Part shown: piece by piece, positions 17,101 to 26,053 of the stretch | Numbering within the stretch: the first letter of the stretch is position 1 | Layout of the letters: each line of letters begins with the position of its first letter | IMG/VR virus record: IMGVR_UViG_3300021400_000034 | Span: 160,001-224,000 of that record | Source of the DNA: a virus | Lineage: Duplodnaviria > Caudoviricetes | Reading direction: 5' to 3' (one strand) | Length of the DNA stretch: 64,000 bases | Program-made: the position numbers and the translations under genes | Notes under the pieces: model-generated | The model's input: the letters and a program-made list of their open reading frames with translations, nothing else | Database searches by the model: none | Told to the model about the DNA's origin: nothing

Positions 17101-17994
17101 ATGGACCTTAGAGATCGAAACCTCAGAATCCTCAACTTCACATCATGGAGCATGAACGGAGCAGTGGCGTCAATCATTCTCAAAGCATACTACCCTAGGT
17201 GCAAGACGATATTCACGTCATACCGCACTCAGGAAAACGTGGTCAAGATGATGCTGACGGAGAAGAACTACGACGTCGTGATCTTCACGAACTTCGCTCC
17301 GACCGTCAACCGCGACTTCTACCTCCGCTCAGAGAAGCCTATCGTGATCTTCGACCATCACGAGAATGCGCTCTGGTGGAAGAGCAAGAACAATCCCGAC
17401 TTCCACGTCAATCAGGAATATTCTGGCGCTATGATGGTCTACATGTTCTACAAGCGATGGATGGCCGACATCGAACGCTATCAGGAACAGGCTTATCTGG
17501 CAGACGACTTCGAGCTGTGGAAGCTAAAGGACGCACGCTCGTTCCACTTCAACACGCTGTTCTGGAAGTCCGAGAGCGTCTATGACTTCATCAAGCGCTG
17601 GGCTGCTGGCGGTCCGCTCGCTCTCACTCAGGCCGAGAAAGATATGCTCACTGAGCACGTTCGCGACTGGAAGCTCTACTACGAGTCTCTCGCTCAGCTC
17701 AGTCTGGAGTTCAACGGAAGGTTCATCACTACGAACGACTATCACGCCGAGATCAGCAAGCAGATGGACATCGAAGGAGTCAACTACTTCATGATCTACC
17801 ATCCGAAGTCCAACTACGTGACTTTCCGCTCTTGCAACGCGCTCATCGACTGCAAGGAGATTCTCGGCAGCATGCAAGTCTACACCGCTTCGACTGGAGT
17901 CGGCGTCGTCCCGTGCAAGAACGTCGAAGAGGCTAAGAAGATCTGCAAGGACATCGAAAAGGCTATCCTCACACACATACCAAAAGGTGCTTAA
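17101..17994 (+). CDS. DHH-family phosphoesterase-like protein
   Basis: IFDHHE, YSGAMMVY, DDFELWK; N-terminal Asp motifs appear degenerate. Confidence 0.7.
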   Translation: MDLRDRNLRILNFTSWSMNGAVASIILKAYYPRCKTIFTSYRTQENVVKMMLTEKNYDVVIFTNFAPTVNRDFYLRSEKPIVIFDHHENALWWKSKNNPDFHVNQEYSGAMMVYMFYKRWMADIERYQEQAYLADDFELWKLKDARSFHFNTLFWKSESVYDFIKRWAAGGPLALTQAEKDMLTEHVRDWKLYYESLAQLSLEFNGRFITTNDYHAEISKQMDIEGVNYFMIYHPKSNYVTFRSCNALIDCKEILGSMQVYTASTGVGVVPCKNVEEAKKICKDIEKAILTHIPKGA

Positions 17995-17995
17995 C

Positions 17996-18352
17996 ATGGC
18001 TAAGAAGAAAGCTGTCAAGTATATGGCTGACGAAGAGGTTCAGAAGGACGAGTTCGTCAAAGAAGTTTATGACCTCATCTCTGAGAAATACTACAAGTAC
18101 AAGAAGGTCACTCGCGAGAACGCGATCAAGTACTTCACGGCTCAGTGCAAGAAGCTCAGAAAAGTCGTCGAGAAGCGTGGCAACATACACGCTTCTATCG
18201 CTCTGACTGAGATGCCGAACAAAGGAATGGTTCAGATCATCGTAGCTTGGCACACTGATGAAGAGATGGCGAGATCATACTACTTCGTTCACGCTACTAG
18301 CTATATTCCAGGAGACATAGGTCCAGACTGCAGAAAGCTCGGTGAATTCTAA
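17996..18352 (+). CDS. Hypothetical protein
   Basis: ORF coupled to neighbours, ATG at 17996. Confidence 0.7.
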   Translation: MAKKKAVKYMADEEVQKDEFVKEVYDLISEKYYKYKKVTRENAIKYFTAQCKKLRKVVEKRGNIHASIALTEMPNKGMVQIIVAWHTDEEMARSYYFVHATSYIPGDIGPDCRKLGEF

Positions 18353-19449
18353 TGACCCAAGTAGACGATCAGACTAAGACGTACATCCTAGAGAAGTATA
18401 TCCGCAGGGCTGTCGACGGAGTCAAGCACCGTGGAAGAGGACACGAGATCAAAGTCAACTGTCCGTTCTGCGGCGACAAAGAGATGAAAGGAACTCTGTG
18501 GCTGACGAACACGTACCGCTGGTGCTACACTTGCTGGCGTGCTTCATGCCGTTGCGCTGATCACGGCATTCTCGCTACTAAGTGGCTGAAGGAAGTCAAT
18601 CCTTCGCTGCATCAAGAGTATCTAGACGAGATCAAGTCTTACGGCAAGAAAGACAAGAAAGAGACAGACGCATTGAAGATGCTCATCGAGCGCCAGCGTG
18701 AAGATGACGCGATCAAGCAGAAGAAGATGCTAGAGAGCGACATGGAGAAAGACAAGCAGGCAACGAAGTTCTTCAAGAAGATCACGAAGCCTGGTCAGTT
18801 TCAGCAAGCCGCTGTCGAGTTCTGCAAGAAGCGCATGATACCTGAGGAAGTGTGGAAGAAGTTCTACTACTGCGACGAGGGAAAGTATCATGGACGAGTG
18901 ATTATTCCGTTCTACGACAAAGACGGCAAGATCGTGTTCTTCCAAGGACGAACCCTAGACGGTAGCAAAGCCAAGTACATGTCGAGAGTCGGACACACCG
19001 CTCTCTACAACTGGGACTTCATCGACAAAAACAAGGCGATCGCAGTTCTCGAAGGACCGATAAACGCCATGTTCGTAGAGAATGGAACCGCTACGGTCGG
19101 CGCTGGATCGTCTGGCGGACTTGACGACCAGCTGAAGGATCTAGACTGCTGGTACATCTTCGACAACGATGACGCTGGAAGGAAGCACGCTTACAAGAAG
19201 GTACAGGAAGGAAAGCCAGTCTTCATGTGGAACACCTTCATATTCTCTTACAATCTTCCGAGAGACATAAACGACATCAACGACGCGATAATGTACTTGA
19301 AGAGGACGAAGAAGTTCACAATCAAAGAGCTGCAGCACTGCTTCACTCGATACGTAGAGCAGTACAAAGCGCTAGAGCTCGCAAAGGTGAAGATGAAGCC
19401 TATCAAACCGAACGACAACGCCGAGACCGAAGAGGACGGCATAGACTAA
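18352..19449 (+). CDS. gp61: DNA primase
   Basis: CPFCGD zinc finger, RVIIPF, FQGR, KY, VLEGPINAMF, FDND TOPRIM, DIND. Confidence 0.92.
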   Translation: MTQVDDQTKTYILEKYIRRAVDGVKHRGRGHEIKVNCPFCGDKEMKGTLWLTNTYRWCYTCWRASCRCADHGILATKWLKEVNPSLHQEYLDEIKSYGKKDKKETDALKMLIERQREDDAIKQKKMLESDMEKDKQATKFFKKITKPGQFQQAAVEFCKKRMIPEEVWKKFYYCDEGKYHGRVIIPFYDKDGKIVFFQGRTLDGSKAKYMSRVGHTALYNWDFIDKNKAIAVLEGPINAMFVENGTATVGAGSSGGLDDQLKDLDCWYIFDNDDAGRKHAYKKVQEGKPVFMWNTFIFSYNLPRDINDINDAIMYLKRTKKFTIKELQHCFTRYVEQYKALELAKVKMKPIKPNDNAETEEDGID

Positions 19450-19460
19450 AGGAGAAGAAG

Positions 19461-19673
19461 ATGAACACCGACATCTACTGCGAAATCGACCAGAACCTCG
19501 TTGAAGAGATCTGCGTGCTGAAAGCCAAGAACTGCGATCTGGATCCAAATCCGAAGAGTCCGTTCGCTAAGTGGCTCAACAAGACGAAGAAGTGGCGTGA
19601 GAAGTGCATGAAGCGCATGCAGGAGAAGCCTTGGTCGGCTAAGAAAGACGTCTGGATCGCTCCTATCAAATAA
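19461..19673 (+). CDS. Hypothetical protein
   Basis: AAGGAG RBS before ATG 19461. Confidence 0.65.
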   Translation: MNTDIYCEIDQNLVEEICVLKAKNCDLDPNPKSPFAKWLNKTKKWREKCMKRMQEKPWSAKKDVWIAPIK

Positions 19674-19695
19674 ATTGAGATTTTCTTGATTTTGA

Positions 19696-19726
19696 GGTTT
19701 AGATTTCTCTGGTATTTTCTTATATT
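19696..19726 (+). promoter_or_regulatory. Early promoter
   Basis: GGTTTAGA-TTTCTC-...-TATATT, 17-nt spacer. Confidence 0.75.
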
Positions 19727-19759
19727 TACTATGTAAGAAACAATAACAAGGAGCTACTC

Positions 19760-20023
19760 ATGGCAAACATCGTCCTCGTCAAGAACCTCACCGCCGAAAA
19801 GACTATCAAGGAGCTCTTTAAGGCTGGTCTCTGCAGCAACGCTCAACTTCTTCCGATGGTAAAAGACGGCGTCATCGGGTTCGCTCCTACTAAGGGGTTC
19901 GCCGAGTTCCTGAAGCGCTGCGAAGAGTGGAGGATGCATGGTGAGTCCAAGACTACAGTCGACTGCGACGTCGCTCTCGGCAATCCTTCTGTCGAATATC
20001 GACACATCGAAATGGCCTTCTAA
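19760..20023 (+). CDS. Hypothetical early protein
   Basis: Own promoter, AAGGAG RBS and terminator. Confidence 0.75.
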   Translation: MANIVLVKNLTAEKTIKELFKAGLCSNAQLLPMVKDGVIGFAPTKGFAEFLKRCEEWRMHGESKTTVDCDVALGNPSVEYRHIEMAF

Positions 20024-20044
20024 TAAGTTTTCTCAACCCCGCAC

Positions 20045-20082
20045 GAGACCCGAGCTACACCCTTTGCTCGGGTCTTATTTTT
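20045..20082 (+). terminator. Intrinsic terminator
   Basis: GAGACCCGAGC/GCTCGGGTCTT stem plus T-run. Confidence 0.8.
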
Positions 20083-20097
20083 GTTGATAAATACTTT

Positions 20098-20640
20098 ATG
20101 TCTACCTTTGCGAAGAACTACTATCAGGGAACTTTCGTTCCAAAGCATCCGGAGAAGTGTCTCAACTACAACGGGAAGCTCTATCCCGACAAAGTTCTTC
20201 CTATAACTTACCGAAGCTCATGGGAGCAGATCTTGTGCAACTTCTGCGACATGGAAGTGTATGTGCTAGCTTGGGGCTCTGAGGTCGTCGAGATTCCATA
20301 CTACTCACAGATCGATCAGAAGACACACCGCTACGTTCTAGACTTTCTCATCATACTGAGGAACAAGCGTGGAGAACTGAAGAAGTGGGCTGTCGAAGTG
20401 AAGCCAGACAATCAGGCAGCTTATCTGGACAAGATGGGCAACGTGATCTACCCGCCAGCGCCGAAGAGAAAGACTCAGAAGGCGATGGCTAGATGGCAAG
20501 AGAAGTGCCGGGTCATCAGGAGAAACGCTGAGAAGTGGGACGCCGCGAAGGAATGGGCGAAGCGCCGTGGGTTCGAATTCTGTGTAAAGACAGAGAAAGA
20601 GATCTTCGGACTAGCTGGCGAGCACAGGGGCGATGTATAA
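20098..20640 (+). CDS. gp4: Head completion nuclease
   Basis: PKHPEK, YRSSWE, WGSE, HRYVLDF, VEVKP, NAEKWDAAKEW. Confidence 0.9.
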   Translation: MSTFAKNYYQGTFVPKHPEKCLNYNGKLYPDKVLPITYRSSWEQILCNFCDMEVYVLAWGSEVVEIPYYSQIDQKTHRYVLDFLIILRNKRGELKKWAVEVKPDNQAAYLDKMGNVIYPPAPKRKTQKAMARWQEKCRVIRRNAEKWDAAKEWAKRRGFEFCVKTEKEIFGLAGEHRGDV

Positions 20641-20643
20641 ATA
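20636..20643 (+). promoter_or_regulatory. T4-type late promoter
   Basis: TATAAATA 4 nt before portal ATG. Confidence 0.8.
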
Positions 20644-20647
20644 ATCT

Positions 20648-22258
20648 ATGAACCTTAACTTTCTAAACTTTCTAAGCAGCAACTTTCTCAAGAACGAAGA
20701 GGACGCACAGACCCTTCGTGAGCTTGAGGCTAGAAACAACTCAATCGGTCTAGACGAAGACCAGACGAACTGGGCATCCATTGGCGGCGGCTGGGGAATG
20801 ACTAACGGCGACGCAGTCAACCCAGACCAGCAGTCGATCCTGTTCGATTCAGTCTTCGAGAACAAGAAGCAGAGAATCGCTTTCTACCGCAGCATGTACA
20901 ACTATCCTCTCGTCAAGAAGGCCGTCACTATGATGGTCGACGAGATGTGCAAGCCTAACGCCGAGAACGAGGTCGCTAGCTTCAACATAAACAAAGCTTT
21001 CTCCGCACAGTTCAACTCGACAGAGTATGCGTCACTCAAGAAGGAGTTCGACTACGTCATGAACTGCGTCATCGGTCAAGACAACGTCCACGACATGCTG
21101 AGACGTTGGCTCGTTGACGGCGAACAGTTCGTCGAGAACTGCGCATCCGACGACGGAAAGAAGCTAGTCGGCATCAAGGTCCTTCCTGCGTACTGCTCTC
21201 TAGTCATCTACGAAGAGGGCAAGGCTACTGGCTACATTCAGGATCCTAGAATGATCGACCTGAACTCGACTGGCGAGATCAAGAAGTTCACGCTCGACCA
21301 GATCTCTTACTCGGACTACGGCCAGTGGGGCGCTAACCGAAACGACGTGAGAGGACATCTTGATCCAGCTATCCGTCCGCTCAACCAGCTGAGAGCCATC
21401 GAGGACGCCCTCACGGTTACGAGAATCAACAGAGCTCCTGAGCGCAGACTCTGGAACGTCTACATCGGCAGAGCTAACGACGCTAAGGCTACTGCGATGG
21501 TCAACGACATCAAGAACAAGTACCGCAAGACCATGACGATCGACCCGATAACGGGAATGATCCAGAGCTCCAAGAACGTTCAGAGCTTCACCGAAGACAT
21601 CTTCGTCGGAAAGACAGACCAAGGCAACGGCACTACGATCGAGCCGATCAAGTCCTCGACCGAGTTCAACGGACAGATGGACGACGTGAAAATGTTCCAG
21701 CAGCAAGTCATGGACGCTCTTCTCACACCTTCGATCCGCTGGGCGGAAGGAGAAGGCGGTGGCGGTCAGTACGCTGTCGCTCCCGAGCAGCAGCTCTCTG
21801 AGATCACTTACCAGGAGATGTGCCGCAGACTCGGACAGAGATACTGCAACCAGATCATCAAGCACACTTTCATAGTCCACCTCAAGATGTGCGGATTCAA
21901 GACTAAGTACTTGGATCCAGCTCTATACAACATCACCCTCAACGGCGCAAACAACTTCGAGAAGATCAGGCAGTTAGCCGTATGGGAGAAGATGGGTGGA
22001 ATCTTGGGTCAGCTCCAGACGATGCTTCCGTCTCTGGCTAACGCTAAGGCTGACTCCGAAGAAGCTAAGCCGCTCATCTCTCGCCAGTATCTCTACGAGA
22101 ACATTCTGCACATGAGCGACGCCGACATACTGAAGAATCAGCAGTGCATCAAGGAAGAGTGCGAAGCTCTCCTAGAAGATGCAAAGGCTGCACAAGAAGA
22201 AGCTGCACCTGAAGACCAGGATGAAGATCTAGAAGGCGGAGATGACATAGGGTTCTAA
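20648..22258 (+). CDS. gp20: Portal protein
   Basis: YRSM, RRWLVDG, AIRPLNQLRAIEDALTVTRINRAPERR, FTEDI, GQMDDV. Confidence 0.95.
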   Translation: MNLNFLNFLSSNFLKNEEDAQTLRELEARNNSIGLDEDQTNWASIGGGWGMTNGDAVNPDQQSILFDSVFENKKQRIAFYRSMYNYPLVKKAVTMMVDEMCKPNAENEVASFNINKAFSAQFNSTEYASLKKEFDYVMNCVIGQDNVHDMLRRWLVDGEQFVENCASDDGKKLVGIKVLPAYCSLVIYEEGKATGYIQDPRMIDLNSTGEIKKFTLDQISYSDYGQWGANRNDVRGHLDPAIRPLNQLRAIEDALTVTRINRAPERRLWNVYIGRANDAKATAMVNDIKNKYRKTMTIDPITGMIQSSKNVQSFTEDIFVGKTDQGNGTTIEPIKSSTEFNGQMDDVKMFQQQVMDALLTPSIRWAEGEGGGGQYAVAPEQQLSEITYQEMCRRLGQRYCNQIIKHTFIVHLKMCGFKTKYLDPALYNITLNGANNFEKIRQLAVWEKMGGILGQLQTMLPSLANAKADSEEAKPLISRQYLYENILHMSDADILKNQQCIKEECEALLEDAKAAQEEAAPEDQDEDLEGGDDIGF

Positions 22259-22280
22259 AGTTTCGTGATAGGAGGTTTCC

Positions 22281-23024
22281 GTGAAGTACTCGCTAGCTGA
22301 CTGCAACATGTTGTACAAGTTCTTCAACAAGGACTTCTTTCAGGAAGAACTAGGACAGAAGCTCGGACGCTGCAAGATCTTCACGGACGTCGGCGAAGCG
22401 GTTCAGGCATTCGGAAACGAAGATTACGATTCGCTGAGCGGAATCTCTAAGTATGACAACGGAAAGTCGTGGATCTGGATCAATAAGTATCTCTTAGAAA
22501 ACAAGAAGCTTCTCTCCAACACGATCCTTCACGAGATGATCCATCTCTACGTTGCTATAGTCGATCCAGACACTCGCTACTATCGTCTAGGACACGGCGC
22601 ACTGTGGACCAAGGTCGCCAACTACGCTACTAGCATCTACGGACACAAGATCGGAAAGATCGACAGGTTCGCAGACGAGAGCGAACAAGAGCGCAAGGAG
22701 CACTACAAGCTCATGCACACGACCAAGACCTTGGCTAACACGTTCATCGTGGTGCTGAGGTCTAGAGATCTAGTTCCAGTGAAGGATCTGACGCCAGAGC
22801 AGATCTCTGAGATCCAGAAGACGGACGCTAGAGCTATCTTCAAAGTGAAGCCTACGCTAGAGCAGTCGGCGAAGACGAGAGTGAAGAACTACGCTACCTT
22901 CGACATGCTCATGGACGACATCAAGTACGGAATCTCCTATGACGAAGAGCTCATGTACCAGGAGCTTGACCTGAAGCTCGGGACGGACTCTGAGAGAATA
23001 TGGATAAACCCTAAGAACAAATGA
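22281..23024 (+). CDS. SprT-like zinc metalloprotease
   Basis: FNKDFF, TILHEMIH, GHGALW. Confidence 0.8.
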   Translation: MKYSLADCNMLYKFFNKDFFQEELGQKLGRCKIFTDVGEAVQAFGNEDYDSLSGISKYDNGKSWIWINKYLLENKKLLSNTILHEMIHLYVAIVDPDTRYYRLGHGALWTKVANYATSIYGHKIGKIDRFADESEQERKEHYKLMHTTKTLANTFIVVLRSRDLVPVKDLTPEQISEIQKTDARAIFKVKPTLEQSAKTRVKNYATFDMLMDDIKYGISYDEELMYQELDLKLGTDSERIWINPKNK

Positions 23025-23056
23025 ATGTAAAATCTGCTTAACAGACAGAAAAGAAG

Positions 23057-23085
23057 TTTACAAATGGTGCTAAACGTATTATATT
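23057..23085 (+). promoter_or_regulatory. Sigma70-type promoter
   Basis: TTTACA-N17-TATATT. Confidence 0.6.
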
Positions 23086-23143
23086 GTCTATATGATGTTA
23101 GCACCGAGAGTATAAATGAACTATAACTCAAGGAAGAGCTGAC

Positions 23144-23440
23144 ATGAACAAGACTATCACGGTCGACACTCTAGATATGGTAAAACTAGACAACGGCTCA
23201 CACAACTGCGTGGCTATCTTCAAAGCAGTCATCAACGACTGCATCAGGATCACCGGAGTGAAGCTGTTCAATGATCCAAGCACAGACAAATGGTGGCTGA
23301 AGTTCCCAGTAAATGAGAGCAATCACAAGAAGTTACCCTTTTTCTCGTTCGTGAATCGCGACGACTACCAGTATCTGCTGGAGTGCGCCATGAACGAATT
23401 TCTAGGTAACTCAGATGAAGAAGAAGCACACATGGGCTAA
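23144..23440 (+). CDS. SpoVG-like nucleic-acid-binding protein
   Basis: VAIFKAVINDCIRITGVKL...WLKFP pattern and size of SpoVG. Confidence 0.65.
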   Translation: MNKTITVDTLDMVKLDNGSHNCVAIFKAVINDCIRITGVKLFNDPSTDKWWLKFPVNESNHKKLPFFSFVNRDDYQYLLECAMNEFLGNSDEEEAHMG

Positions 23441-23912
23441 TGCTATCCCAAAGACGAGGCGAGAGAAGGACATCATCCGTATCGCCAAGAACCCGGACGA
23501 GTTCAAGCGCATGAAAGACTTGCTCGAGTCCGCTACCCGCGTAACAGACAATATCAGTAAGTACAACCAAGAGGCGTTCAAGAGCGTCGAGGAGATCCTC
23601 GCTTTTGTCACCTGCAGAATCTCAGACGAGCTCCCGAGAAAGGATGTTCTGATCGAAGAGCTATACAAAATGCAGGAGCGCTATGAAGAACGAATCTTAC
23701 CTGACGAAGGAAGTAGTGAAGATACCACAGTTTGTGGTGGGCGGGGAGTACAAGGACGAACAGGGGAACGAGTACCGAGTTCTGTCGATAACGGGGGACA
23801 TGATGGAGGCGAAGTTCAACTTCGTGAAGAAGCGCTTCAAGATCATTCCGTACGGGTCGGTGATGGGTGCGATGAACAGCGGCAGAGTCTGGTTCAAGAG
23901 CGCCAAGAATGA
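23415..23912 (+). CDS. Hypothetical protein (3' part overlaps next gene)
   Basis: First ~90 codons have native codon usage. Confidence 0.5.
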   Translation: MKKKHTWANAIPKTRREKDIIRIAKNPDEFKRMKDLLESATRVTDNISKYNQEAFKSVEEILAFVTCRISDELPRKDVLIEELYKMQERYEERILPDEGSSEDTTVCGGRGVQGRTGERVPSSVDNGGHDGGEVQLREEALQDHSVRVGDGCDEQRQSLVQERQE

Positions 23913-24102
23913 TCCGAGCCTGATCGAGGCAGACGAGAGCTGCAACATTGTTCCACGCGGAAAGTACAACAAGCTCACCAAGATGACGCCGGAAGAGAAG
24001 AGAGCTTACCGTCGCGAGAGAGCCAGAAAGCGCAGAAGAGCGAGAAGGGCTGCGAAAGCTGCTATAAATAACACAGAACACTCTACAGAGGAGCACAACT
24101 AA
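23683..24102 (+). CDS. Hypothetical basic protein
   Basis: AGGAG RBS; Arg-rich C-terminus. Confidence 0.7.
   Translation: MKNESYLTKEVVKIPQFVVGGEYKDEQGNEYRVLSITGDMMEAKFNFVKKRFKIIPYGSVMGAMNSGRVWFKSAKNDPSLIEADESCNIVPRGKYNKLTKMTPEEKRAYRRERARKRRRARRAAKAAINNTEHSTEEHN
24063..24070 (+). promoter_or_regulatory. Late promoter
   Basis: TATAAATA. Confidence 0.7.
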
Positions 24103-24103
24103 T

Positions 24104-25060
24104 ATGGCATTCAGTGATTTTCTACACGATCACGAAATGAAGAAGTCTCGGAGAGCTGAAGAGTTCGAAGTACCCGAGATCGAAGAGAACTATGAGGAAA
24201 CTCCTAGAAGACCCGTACACGAGGTCGAAGAAGACGAAGTTCCGGCCGAGGATCGCAAGATCTTGAACGAAGTAGACTTCTACAAGAGCCGCCTCTATAA
24301 GAAGATCGACTCTTGCTTCCTGCGCTACGGTCTAGAAGGTCTGAAGCGCATCGACGAAGGAATCGCTAACTCGATCGCTAAGTACATCGACAGCCTGAAG
24401 GGAGGAAACCGATTTGAAGAGCGTCAGCCAGTCCGTGAGAGATACACTCCGAACTTCCGTCGTCCTCCTGATCGCGTCAGATACCGCGACGAAGAGCTTG
24501 ACGAGGCTGAAGACGAGATTCCGCCTAAGCCAGCTCCTAAGCCGTTCAAGAAGCCACAGAAGATCGAAGGATCTAACCCGAATCCAGCTCCAGTCAGAAG
24601 ACTTGGCGAGCCAAAGCTAGAGAGCAGCGCATTCAATCCAGATCTTCTCAACGCTATCCTGACAGACGTCATCCCGCCTACCGAGATACACGAGGTCGAA
24701 GTCAAGAGCAACATCCCTCGTCCTGAACAGAGACAGAAGCCAGTCGAAGAGAAGGTAGATTTCGCTCCTATGCCTGAACCGGAGGTCGAAGATGTTCCTC
24801 TCGTAGAGGAACCGACTATCGAAGAATCTGTTGAACAGCCGCAAGAACAGCCAGAGCAGACTTACGACATCGCTGACGAGATGCTCGCTGGAGTTCAGAC
24901 CGAAGATGTAGATCTGTTCGTCCCGCCCGTCATCGAAGAAGACACGCCAGAGACGTTCACGTCAGAAGAAGAGCTTGACGCTCCGATCGTAGAGTCTGAG
25001 ACTCAGACGCCGATCGAGATGCCAGCTCCTCAGCCAAGAAAGAGAAAGAAGAAGAAATGA
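24104..25060 (+). CDS. Glu/Pro-rich late protein, possible internal head protein
   Basis: Late promoter, GAGGAG RBS, MAFSDFLHDHE leader. Confidence 0.7.
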   Translation: MAFSDFLHDHEMKKSRRAEEFEVPEIEENYEETPRRPVHEVEEDEVPAEDRKILNEVDFYKSRLYKKIDSCFLRYGLEGLKRIDEGIANSIAKYIDSLKGGNRFEERQPVRERYTPNFRRPPDRVRYRDEELDEAEDEIPPKPAPKPFKKPQKIEGSNPNPAPVRRLGEPKLESSAFNPDLLNAILTDVIPPTEIHEVEVKSNIPRPEQRQKPVEEKVDFAPMPEPEVEDVPLVEEPTIEESVEQPQEQPEQTYDIADEMLAGVQTEDVDLFVPPVIEEDTPETFTSEEELDAPIVESETQTPIEMPAPQPRKRKKKK

Positions 25061-25251
25061 GCACTATCCCGTTAGAAGAGCTAGAGAATCAACCTTTCGT
25101 GCAGGCCCACAAGGACCTGTACAAGGTAGCTCTTGAGCGTGGAAAGTACTCGGACAGAGCCTTCTGGGAGGAAATGGATCCCGAGCAGAAGGAAGCTATC
25201 CAAGAGCAGATGAAAAAGTACGGAACGAAGCCCGTTTGGAGATTGCTGTGA
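25057..25251 (+). CDS. Hypothetical protein
   Basis: ATGA coupling to upstream gene. Confidence 0.6.
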   Translation: MSTIPLEELENQPFVQAHKDLYKVALERGKYSDRAFWEEMDPEQKEAIQEQMKKYGTKPVWRLL

Positions 25252-25793
25252 GCCTAGATATTCTAAATGTCTGTTTTAGGCGCCTAGAAGAGGCCTCTGG
25301 AGGCGACAACAAGCACTTCCTTGAGAAACTACAGCGTAACTGCAAAATGGCCGTAGCGGCTCTAGAATCAGACAATGTGATCGCCGAGGCACAGTCGTCT
25401 GTGAAGACCCTGAAGGCGATGAACAAGAAGATCTCCATGTCGACGCACCTCAGAACGATCGACAACATTCTAGTCTACGTCTTCTTGAAGAATCTCATGA
25501 CTGCTCCGTCCACGACGAAAGCCTACAAGCTGGGTCTGATCGACAAGGAAGGAAACCTGCTCCGTGAGCCGAAGACGCAAGAAGAGAATGACTGCATATC
25601 GAACCTAGACCTGTTCATCGGAAAGCTCAGAACCTGGCTAAGACCTTACATGTCCCGTCTGTCGAAGATGGCATGGGTCAAGAGCATGGACGCATCCTAT
25701 CGCGTCCAGAACGCGCTCGGAAACGCCGAGTCGCTATCCAAGAGAGCCACAGTGCTACGCGTCAACGACGAACTAGACAAGCTGCTGAAATGA
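25248..25793 (+). CDS. Conserved T4-like hypothetical protein
   Basis: TKAYKLGLIDKEGNLLR motif typical of T4-like phages; GTG start coupled to upstream stop. Confidence 0.65.
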   Translation: MSLDILNVCFRRLEEASGGDNKHFLEKLQRNCKMAVAALESDNVIAEAQSSVKTLKAMNKKISMSTHLRTIDNILVYVFLKNLMTAPSTTKAYKLGLIDKEGNLLREPKTQEENDCISNLDLFIGKLRTWLRPYMSRLSKMAWVKSMDASYRVQNALGNAESLSKRATVLRVNDELDKLLK

Positions 25794-26014
25794 GTTGCCC
25801 AGTCTGCGACAGAGCTTTCAAGCAATACGGCTTCTCCCTGAAGCCAGGTCTCAAGTGCTACACTGGAACCGCTCAAGCTTGCTGTCCGAAGAAGGTCATC
25901 GTCACTTCGTTCAGCGCGAGTGAAGTGAAGTTCACGACTAAGGACGGCGTCGAGCACTCAAAGCCGTTCATCGAGTTCATGAAGTCGTCTTGGATAGATA
26001 GAACTTCGCTATAA
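25790..26014 (+). CDS. Small Cys-rich hypothetical protein
   Basis: ATGA coupling; MSCPVC...CCP. Confidence 0.6.
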   Translation: MSCPVCDRAFKQYGFSLKPGLKCYTGTAQACCPKKVIVTSFSASEVKFTTKDGVEHSKPFIEFMKSSWIDRTSL

Positions 26015-26053
26015 TTTTCTATATTGTCTCTGAACTGAATTCAGGAGATCAAT

